Of a stretch of DNA of 64,000 nt, positions 48,140 to 59,600 are shown piece after piece. The stretch lies in the NCBI GenBank assembly GCA_043228905.1, contig JBHGNT010000022.1, positions 744,001-808,000 of the forward strand, read 5' to 3'. The notes beneath the pieces were generated by a model that ran no database searches, had not been told where the DNA came from, and worked only from the letters and a program-made list of their open reading frames with translations. Made by a program: the position numbers and the translations under genes. The stretch comes from Azolla caroliniana. Taxonomy: Eukaryota > Plantae > Polypodiophyta. The first letter of the stretch is position 1. The number at the start of each line of letters is the position of its first letter.

Positions 48140-50100
48140 TTAAAAGATCGTGCATGCTTGTTACATGTCAACAAACATATTGTATCATCATGCAATGGCT
48201 TCATTACCTTGGCTATCACTTAAAGCCGAAAAGGTGCAGAATGTATGTTAGTCAAACAAAGGTGGTGGCAAACCATGCAGTGTGGTTGGCATTTCCATTT
48301 GCCATTTCATGCAAAGGTATTGATATGAAGAGTAGTGATTGGTGGGCTCCCATTATGTTCGGCCTTAAAGAGACGAGGACTAAGGTCTGGTACGTGCTTC
48401 TTTTGATTATTGCATTGGAGGACATTACACATAGGTTCATAAAATGCCCTATAGTGCATATAATTTTGAAGTATACTCATTTGAGATTTGACAAGTTTTA
48501 ACTCGTTGCTTTTTTTATTATAAAACGATGTCATGCCTTTCGACGCCAGATCGTTGCGTGAGTCGGGTGGGAACCGTTGGGGTTTTGGACTGGGAAGAGG
48601 AAGAATTTGAGACAAGTTTATAGTTATGGATAGATTATTAGAAAGAGAGATAGAAATCTCGTGAATCCCACTAGTGTATTGTATTTGATTAATCAATATT
48701 TAGATAAGAATATGTATTTAGATTGAAATAAAGAGATTAAAAAGAACTTGTGAATCCCACAAGTATAGACTATTTCGTGAATCCCACGCATATATTAATT
48801 GGCGTCTTTTAGAAATATATCCAATTTTCAAATATTTCACACACCTATTACATTGTGCTCCTCATCCTTATATAGTGATGAGAGAGTCTTAACAATCCAT
48901 GCTTTTTCTATAGATAGACTCTATGCTTTTTCTAAAGTGTTCATGCACACTAAATGTGCATGAGTTGCTTTTTACACTATGCCTTTATTTCCTAAATATA
49001 GTGCTCATGCTCGCTAGATGTGCATGAGTAATATTTTATTGGTTTACATTTTTCTTATAAATAAAGTATTCACGCACTCTAAAAATGCATGACTTACCGA
49101 TGTAAATAAAGGTGTTATAGGTATTAAATCTATATTTAGAACATTAAGGATAAGTTAGTACAATGGTAAGGTCGGTGTTTGTCTATGTGGAGGTATAGGG
49201 TTTGAATCTTGCCCTATGCACGTAATAAATATTTTTTTAATATTTTATTTTATTTATTATACGTACTTTAAATCGGATATAGTATTTTACATATTTCACG
49301 TAGTGTGTGATTCACACTACGACAACGATATTAAGTGTTTTTACACTCCAATATGTACAACTCATAGATATTCAACCATATTACTCCAGTACGCGTTAAT
49401 CATCCTGCAATATGTAAAATTTCAGAAAAACACCATGTACCTTCATGGTTGGGCTGCCAAGGTGGAAATAACCATTTTGGCACACCATCTACATAATCCA
49501 CGAAGGACGAATCTGACGATGATTGTTGAAAGAAAAGTCTCACAACTTCCACCGTGTCTGAAGATCCTTCCAACTCTTCATATTAAGCTCGTATTTCGTA
49601 ATTAGGTCAAATACCATAGAGCAATGATTGTCTCCTTTGGTCGACTTTCTTCTTCCGCAAGACCTACGTTGCATCTAGGTTTCCAAATGTTCCATAGCGT
49701 GATAGAGGCTATGGGTGGCCAGATGTCACTCAGATTATTTGAACACCAAATTTGCAATTCCCTTACTGGTTGTACGATGCATTTATTTCTTTGCACGCAG
49801 AATGCCTTCAGCCTACCTAGGTCTCTTGATATCCAAGCTTACCTTGTTATTTGAGGCCTCAACAATGGGTTTTTGCTCATTATGTTCAAAATGGTCCAAA
49901 TGAAGAGTTGGAGATATTGTTCCAATGTTTACGATGTTGGGGATTGCAACACAATTAGAACATGCATAATCCTTTCATGTTCGATGGTAGACCTAGGGTG
50001 AAATTCTATGCGAAGAAGTTGAACTTAGGCATTCTCATGTGAAAAATTTGGATGTTATAACATGTGAGGACCATTTCCTCGAGTGTATATTCAGGTTTTC
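48140..50100 (-). mobile_element. Degenerate LINE ORF2 C-terminal remnant
   Basis: SITLWNIWKPRCNV resembles the LWxIWKxRN motif of L1/Tx1 ORF2; upstream fragments are Cys/His- and Trp-rich; split by the 48529 insert. Confidence 0.55.
48529..49324 (-). mobile_element. Solo-LTR-like insert related to 8364-9534
   Basis: TGTCATG...TACGACA; 4-bp TSD ACGA; shares GGGGTTTTGGAC near the left end and an A/B-box module (49156-49210) with the 8364 element. Confidence 0.8.
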
Positions 50101-51113
50101 TAATGGCTTTACAAGCTATCCCTCTAGCTACACTAAGCAGTTGTAAAAGGTGGGTTTTACATACAATTAGTATAATTGTGTGCTTTTACACACACACACA
50201 CACAATCTGTGTGCGAGTTAGTTTAACAACAATTGGAGTTGAAATTGGCTTATTAGAGAAATCATTATATATGTATAAGCATGAATCTAAGAAAATGAGC
50301 AAAAATGTCGACAACAAAAATACCTTCTATGTCATCTTACACCTTCCATTTTTATGAGAGAGATGTCTTAAGGGATAGAGAGAAATCTATGATAAGGCTA
50401 GGCTTCACAATGAGAGAGAATACGGGGTTGACAACTTTGGAATATTGCTTTTGGTGCTTATATAAAAAATGGATATTATATATATGAAGTGGTTATGTTT
50501 CATATGCAAAATTTCAATACTTCAGTCAAAAACTACCTATGCATGGATGCGTACAAAATGGCTAGAAAACCCCTTTTTGATTAACTTTACCTCAAAAACA
50601 ATGGTTTTAATCCACGTCAAGTGAGCTGAAGCTCTATGAAGCATACATGAGAATAAATACTCCAATGAAAAGAAAGGGTGTAAACCAAGAAATAACTTCT
50701 TTAATTTTAACAAGAGATTACATATGTGCAACGGATGTACTACTCTTATTTGGAGACTCGAGATGAATAGCCTTCAGAAAACCATAAAATAAGAGATAAA
50801 TTTAATATGCACACACACATACACATAGAAGTGGAAGATACTACTGAGATATTAATACAATATTTGATTGCTCATTGGATTTGAAGCTACATTTTTCAAA
50901 TTTGGCAAGTTTTATCGCGTTATTATTTCAAATCATAATTGGGACATATGCAATGCTTTTATGTTTGATTGTAGGCATGGAGTTAGGGCATATATAAGAA
51001 AGTTGGAGCGTTGATGAGACCGTTTTGTTTATTAGAGCAAGTTGAAATTCTTTCCTTGATGGAGTCTCCGTCTTGCCTATTGGTGATTCCACAAGTCTAA
51101 CTACCTGTGTAGG

Positions 51114-54100
51114 TGTTACGGGCATGACCATATAATATCCCGTGGTGAGAATTTACCGTCGTATTCTATACACGTGGATAAGTGTGAGGGTTAAACAAGA
51201 GTGTAGAGAAGGGGAGGATTACTTTTAAATCCTCGGGATTGAGACAACCCATTAGGCCAAGTGTGAACTTGCCTGGGGGCCTTGGGTATCGCTATAAATA
51301 AGAGGCCTAGCTACCCTCATTTGACCAGCTAGTTGACTACGTCGAGACTCTGTCTTGTGGTGGGTCAACTCTTGTAGCAAGCGCGCCAACACCAGGTACG
51401 ACTCGACGCCACGACGGTGGTATGGGACGCCGATCGAGGCTCGAGTCTGTCTCGATCCCTTCGCTCGGGGGTGGTCGGGTGGATCGACACCCTTCTTTCT
51501 CTCTCTCCTTTCTTTCTATCTACCTTGATCTATCCTTATCTAATGCTTACTTTAGTACATGTCTCTAATATTTGGTATCCGAGCCTTTGTACTAATGTTT
51601 CTTTTGTTGGTCTTATCTTCTCGATGGATGGCGATCGATCGTTGTGCGGTTGGCCTTCATGCAGACAAGGATCAACAAGGAACTTCGGTAATCTTTCTTG
51701 TTATTTTTTGTCTATTTTTTCTTCTCCCATCTAATCATGTGTATGGTTAATATGCAGATTATTTTCATTAATTAAATGATGTTGTAGTGGTATTTAATTG
51801 GTTATCTAAAACGTTTACATATGTGTACGAGGTTAATACCTCAATTACGTATTACGTTCACGAACATATGTTACGTTTGCGTATGAGGTCAACACCTCGA
51901 TTTTGTTGTAAATGATATTAGTTTCGTCTCGTATGCGTAAGAGGTTAATACCTCAATTGCGTATTACGTTGAACCCTTATTTTTGGATGTCTCATGTGCG
52001 TAGAGGTATATACCTCGATTACATATCTCGGTTACGTCAATTTTGGCTATTAAATATAACGATTTCTTTTATATACGCATATGTGGTCACGTGTATATGT
52101 AGTTGATCGTATATATGTGATAATATACATATGTGTATATAAGTTATTACGTGATTTTAAATCGAATGTTTTCCTTTTCGGGGAAAGGATCTTGGTGGCC
52201 GTCCTCACTTTTTTGTGAGAATCGCATTGTCACCATCCCTTTTTTCAATAATTTTTTATTGTTGAAATCCCCATTGGTGACTTCGATATTTCGTTACATA
52301 AAGAAATGCTATAGACATAATGATTTTGAGTACGTAGGGCTTGACCTACTTCATGTGAGGTCGCTCTTATGACACACATATCCAACATCCCTCCCTCATT
52401 ACATGGATACGATGCCACCATGAGATCATTCTTATGAGAGGCATTCGTAATGACGTGACCATGTGATGGGCCACATGGGCCTACTACGAAAAGAGGGCTC
52501 ATTTGGCTTGACCATTTGGTTGCACTTTGGTATATGCCATCGTAATTATGAGACTTGAGGTTAGGTAACGTACCAACATAGTTGTAGTAAATGAGGGCGA
52601 AATAAGGACTCTTGACATATATGTTTCTTTTAAAAAAACATATATGGGCAAATGCCTCACATATTTCTTATAGGCATGAAACATTAAACATTCAAGAAGA
52701 GCAACTTACTTGGTTGGCTCAAATGTTTAATGCATTTGTTCTCGAGGTCTCGAGTTCAAATATGACTAAGACCATACAACATCGTTGATAGATATGACTA
52801 TAACACATGTTTAGACTTGAGGTCTAAGTGCACTTCGGGGTCCTCGCAATAGGACTTAAAGAGCCGAAACCACATATGTGGGCACCGAAACATAGTTTAT
52901 TGTTAACATTTTTTTCGTGTATAAACTATTCATGACGCGAACATACATGGTTGAGCCTCGGGGAGCCACCATGAAAAAATCGATATAGAGATCAGGGAAA
53001 GACATTTATTTGTCACCCCCATGGTTTTTAAAACACCTTTGTGTTACCATAGTAACCTGATCTTGAACCTCATCTCATCCGTCTACAGGGGTATTGACGT
53101 GAGATAATGATATCGATTAATGCTCGCCCATGATAGGTTTACATCACGACATGTTGTTATGACTATCTCTCTAACCTTATCCTATTTCTTTTCCAGAAAT
53201 AATCATTTAATGGCTCAAAATAACGACTCGATGTCCTCCGCTCAAGCGGAAAGAACTCAAGGGAATCCTCCTGGACAAATGTCCATTGAGATGTATTTTT
53301 CGCAAATAACCCAATACCTTAGTTTCACCGCTCAACAGATGACCGAACTTCGGCAATCTCAAAGTGCTCTCGAGGCACGTGTCATTAGTCTACAACGTGA
53401 GACTAATAGACCTGATGAGTGATAGGGTGAACCATCGTTTGTCGTTAAGCCATTTACGGGAGACAAAAAGGAAAGAACCAAAGAAGCAATCTGCACGTGG
53501 TTGGGCCGATTGGAGTCTCATTTTGAGCTCTATCCCACACCAGATAGTACGAAGATTGCATATGTTGGCCGAGAACTAGGGGGTAAGGCCGCCACCTGGT
53601 GGCGTGTGCTCCGTACGTTGGGGAAATTGCCCGATACCTGGACAGATTTTGTCACAGTTTTCAAGGGCCAATTTCTGTAACCTCCCTCTCGAACCGAGGC
53701 AGCACATGCTTTAATGAACCTCTCTAGTTGGAAATTTTCCTCGCTAGAAGATTATGTCCACCATGCTAGAACCCAAATCCAAAAGTCGGGTCTAGAAGAG
53801 GACAATTGGTTAATAGCTTGTTTTGTCAATGGCGTCCCCAATTCGGACTATCACTGGATAGTGCACGATAAGGATCCAAAATCCTTCGAAGAGGCCGTTG
53901 AAATAGTTCTTCGCTATCAATGCACTTCGAAGAAGGACCACAACAAACCCAACGAAGCGCCCGGGACTAAGTAGTCGCAATTCGCTGGGAAACGCAAGAC
54001 ACCCAACGAATTCATGGATCGCGATTGTAAGCGTCAACATCCTTTTTGCGTATTCTGCAAAAAGAAGGGTCATACAAAAGAGCAATGTCAAAAGCTCCAA

Positions 54101-56578
54101 CGGAAAGAGCACGACAACAAAGCTAAAGATGCAGACAATAAAGGTCAGATTCCTAATGTCCTTCAGGTCTATACACATCATTTAAGTAATTGTCAATATT
54201 GTTTCCCTCCCTATGTATTGGGTCCCAATGATTTACTACGTGTAAACGGGTATATCAATGGATCTCCCGTACAATTTTTATTTGATTCGGGAAGCTCCCA
54301 CAATTTTGTGAATGATCGTTTGGTTCAGATATGTGGAATCCAACCCACCGTAAGTGATCACACCTACACGGTGCACTTGGCTGATGGAAGAGTACAATAC
54401 ATCAACGGGGTGATTCATTCATTAGGAATTTCGATTAACACTTATATAGAGGAAGTAGACTTCCATGTAATGAATCTTTGTACCACCGATGTAATACTAG
54501 GTTATCCTTGGTTTTATAATAAAAACTCTTCTTTATCTATTGATTGGGTTCATCATTCAATTACATTTGTACTGAACGATTGTACTCATTTTATTCAATG
54601 TGTAACAAAACAATCCCTCTCGATTGTTTCCTCGTGTCCATCAATATCCGAGTTGTCTTGTTCTACTCTATTTGATTGTGTACTTGATCCGGACATTCAC
54701 GTTTACAATATCGATAATGTCTCGGTTCAATCAACATATTTTGAACAACAACAACTTGATGAAATCTTAAATGATTTTCGTGATATTTTTCCGAGTGAAC
54801 TACCAGATGGCTTACCTCCTAAACGTAATATACCTCCTTATCGCTTAAGTCGATCCGAAGAGGATGAGGTATCTAAGCAACTCAAGGACTATTTATGAAT
54901 GGGTTATATACGTTATAGTAAATCTCCATGGGGTGCACCAGTTCTCTTGGTTAAAAAGAAAGAGGGCACATGGCGTATGTGTATTAATTACCGACGCTTG
55001 AATAAAGTGACGATCAAGAATTCGTATCCATTGCCCCGGGCTGACGATCTAATTGACTGTCTCCAGGGAGCTTGGTATTTTACGAAACTTGATCTCCGTA
55101 CTGGCTACCAGCAAATTTGTATAAGTGAGGACGATGTTCCTAAAACAACATTTCGTACGCGCTATGACCATTATGAGTTTCTGGTTATGCCTTTTGGTTT
55201 GACCAATGCTCCGGCTACATTTCAACAAGAAATGAATGACATTTTCCAAGAACAACTTGGAAAATTTGTCGTTATTTTCTTGGATGATATTTCAGTTTAT
55301 AGCCGTACATTACAGGAACATGCGAAACATGTCCTCTTTGTTTTACAAACATTGCGTGACAAACAGTTTTACGCGAAGATCTCAAAATGTGAGTTCTTCA
55401 AGAAATCAATTACTTATCTTGGACATCTCATAACCGAACGAGGAGTTGAAATTGATCCTTCTCGCATCGAGAAAATCAAGCTTTGGCCCACTCTTCGGAA
55501 TATTCGAGAAGTTCGATCATTCCTTGGTTTTGTTGGGTTTTTGCGAAAATCCCTTCGTAATTACTCCCAATTGACGACGCCGTTTACTGATCTTCTAAAA
55601 GGTCAAATGCGTAAGTCTACAAAACCTATTGTGTGGAATGCTACACTAGACCTTGCTTTGAAAGAACTCAAGGACCTGGTATGGAAGGCTCCTTCACTTC
55701 TTTTACCCGATCCTTCAAAACCTTTGGAGGTTGGAACCGATGCAAGCGATTATGCTATAGGTGTTGTCTTATATCAAGATGGTAAACCAATAGCATTCGA
55801 GAATAAGAAACTTGATTCTGCTCAATGTCGGTATACCGTTCAAGAAAAGGAATTATTTGCAGTTATACATACGCTCAAAACATGGCGCCATTATCTTTAT
55901 GGAAATCGCTTTGTGGTAACTACAGATCATGAGTCCTTGAAATATTTTTGTGACCAACAAGACCTGAAAGGTCGTAAAGCACGATGGGCTAATCTCATCC
56001 AGGACTTTGATTTTTCCATACGATATCGTAAAGGTTCCATGAATATTGTCGTTGATGCACTAATTCGCATCCGTGAAGTTAACATGCTTAGCTTCACTGA
56101 AACAACATCAGTTATCTTTATGATCACCTTCGAGGAAAGTATCTGTCATGAACACGACCATTATGGCGTCACCCGAACTTGAACCTCGAACCTTGTAATC
56201 CATACTTGAAAACCTCAACCATTAAGATAGCTTATTGTTATATGAAACAATAAAAGCTACTTCTTGTATTACATTGATTATTGTAAAACCCCTAGATTAT
56301 TCTAGAATGTTCTAGAATGTCTTAGAGCATTCTAGAACATTCTAGAAATCTCTAAGCTATTCTATAGGAACCTATAAATAAAGGCATACATGTATTCTCA
56401 AATCAATTCGAATCAACACCAATCTTTAGCTCTCATTACATATCTTGTATCCATTCTCTTTCTTTCTCTATCTTATACATCCATTCTTCTCTTAGTATTT
56501 CGTTCCTTTCTTCTTGTGTTCTCTAATATCCTTCTTCCATCACTCTATCTTTTATCCCCCGTTCTAACAGTTTGATTC

Positions 56579-56613
<35 letters not shown>

Positions 56614-59600
56614 CTCCTTTGTAACCATCCTGAAACCATGGCTGCCATTAACTCAGAAGAATATCTCACCCTTGTTGTAGAAATGGAGAACCTTAAATCC
56701 AAGTTCGCATCTCTTGAAGTAGAGAATCAACGTCTACTTGGGGATCTACAAAAGGTTACTATAGAGAAGCAACAACAACAAGAGGAGTTCATGCGACGAG
56801 TGCAACAGTTAGAGTCGACAATCGTAGTGTTACAACAACAAAGCGTTGAAGGTCAGGAACTTATCAAGGAGCCCAAAATTAGCCTCCCAGCTAAATTTGA
56901 TGGGTCGAGGGCGCATTTCCGAGGTTTCTTGAATCAAGTACGGTTGGTGATTCAAATGCATCCGACGCGTTATCCAACAGATGCATCACGAGTCGGGCTA
57001 GTGGGCACCTTATTGACTGGCATAGCATTGTTGTGGTTTGCTCCATTGCTAGAGACCAATTCTCCTCTACTAAATAATTTCGAGGAACTTATCAAGGAAT
57101 TTAAGGCTTGTTTCGGAGATACTGATGGGGCGAGAACAGCTATCAACAAGATTCGTACACTTCGTCAAGGTGATCAACCAACTTCGACATATGCTGCCAA
57201 TTTCCGTCTCATCGCAAGCGATATTCCTTGGGATGAACAAGCCCTAATGGAGCAATTCCATTCAGGCCTTCGTAGTGATGTCAAAGACTTACTTCTTACC
57301 TTCCCCGAGGATCGAAGTTCATTTACAAAAGCTATTAGTCGAGCAATACGGTGTGATAATCTCCTTTTTGAGCGTCGATGTGAGCGACAACAACAAATAA
57401 CAAGATCAAGATTCACACCAACTTATGCATCAGTAACTGCGCAATCGTCCCCAAGGCAAATGTATAGCCCTACTCCAACTCCAAGGCAAACACGTAGTCC
57501 AGTCCCAATGGATAGTCCTGCACCCATGGAGATCGATATGACTCAACGACGAGGACCGTTGTCAGACGAAGAGAAGCAACGTCGTTGAGCAAACCATCTA
57601 TGCTTATATTGCGGAGGTCCAGGACATATAGCCATTCATTGCTCCCGTAGGCCGAGACGTCAGGTAAATCAAATTCACTATGACAATAAAAATGAGTCCA
57701 ACATTTTAGAAGTAGTTAGTGAATCTAATATTATGAATAATCCACCCTTGTCCAATAAATTTGAAGTCCTAAGCCAATTAGAAGAGGAGTCAAATGAATA
57801 AGTCCGGCCAAAATAGGAGCCATTTGTTTGGACAACCCTAGATATGTACAACCTAGAGTGGGTTCCATTTCTTCCAAGCATGTTACTAGAGTCTTCTCAG
57901 CCCTAGTACAAGTTAGGACACCCAATTGTCAACTTCAAGTCCAAGCCCTCTTAGATACCGGAGCCAATTCTTGTTTCATGGATAGAGATTTTGCCCAAAA
58001 ACACCAAATATCCTTGCATACACTTCCTTGTCCAGTTTCCGTAGTAGTGATTGATGGACGCCCCATAGCTTCCGGGAAGATATTTGAAGAGTCTGAGCCA
58101 ATACACATACTCTTGGGGGATTTAGGATGTGTAGTTTCATTTAACATAATCCGTAGTCTTGAGCATCCAATTGTCCTCGGTTTGCCATGGTTTGAGCTAC
58201 ATAACCCTAGAATCGATTGGAGGAAGCGAGAAATTAGGTGCCCTTTAGCAGAAAATATCATTGTCAAGGATCGAACTCGGGATTATCCTCCTAAAGTATA
58301 TAGTTCTACCGATGCACCATATCCTTCTCATCAAATTTCAGCCATCACATTGCAACAATTGTGCCAAGTGGGAGGCAAGGAGGACCTTTTCTTATTTGTA
58401 GTATCAGTGACACCTTCTAGTGTCACTCAAGGGAATTCAGACATCCAAATTCCCAAAAAATATCAAGACTATGCTGATGTTTTCGATAAAGTCAAAGCTA
58501 GTGTTCTTCCAAAGCATCGGTCGTACGACTGTCCTATTGATCTCCAACTAGGAAAAGAGCCACCATGGGGTTCGATTTACAATTTACCACCCACTGAGCT
58601 TGAGGTTCTTCGAGAATACATCGAGGAAAATCTTGCACATGGGTTTATTCGACATTCAAAGTCTCCAGCTGGTGCTCCTATCTTTTTTGTGAAGAAAAAG
58701 GACGGCTCCCTTTGTTTGGTCGTGGACTATCAAGGCTTAAATAAAGTCACCATAAGGAATAGGTATGCTTTACCTTTAATCTCCAATCTCTTAGAACGCA
58801 TTGGTGGGGCAAAGCATTTTACCAAAATTGATCTAAGGGGTGCATATAATCTTGTTCGAATTCGGCCGGGAGATGAGTGGAAAACAACATTTCGTACTCG
58901 GTATGGTCATTTCAAGTATACAATCATGCCTTTTAGGCTCACAAATGCACCTACAGTATTCCAACATATGGCAAATGACATCTTCCGGGATTTCTTGGAT
59001 ATTTTTCTAATCATCTACCTAGATGATCTATTGATTTACTCTAAAACACAGGGGGAGCATGATATACATGTGCGACAAGTACTTGAACGCCTAAGGAAGT
59101 ATGGTCTTTATGCCAAACTTGAGAAATGCAGTTTTGATTGCAAACAAGTCGAATTTTTGGGATACACTATTTCATCCCAGGGTGTTTTCATGGACCCGGC
59201 AAATGTCCAAACAATATTGGAATGGAAACCCCCATGCTCAGTTCGGGATGTTTAGTGTTTCCTTGGATTTGCGAACTTCTATCGCAAATTCATACATAAT
59301 TATTCAAGCATTGTGTTGCCCCTTACTCAACTCACCAAGAAAAATCAAGCATTTTTTTGGAGTATCGAAGCGGACAAGGCTTTTACGCAGCTGAAAGAGG
59401 CATTCACATCAGCACCCATCCTAGCACATATTGATTCTGAAAAGCCATTTACTATTGAGGCAAATGCATCGGACTTTGCATTGGGGAGTATCCTATCGCA
59501 ACCAGGCGAGGACGGGCAGACACATCCATTCGCGTTTCACTCGAGAAAATTTACTGTTTTGGAGATAAACTATGAGGTGGATGACAAGGAGTTACTAGCT

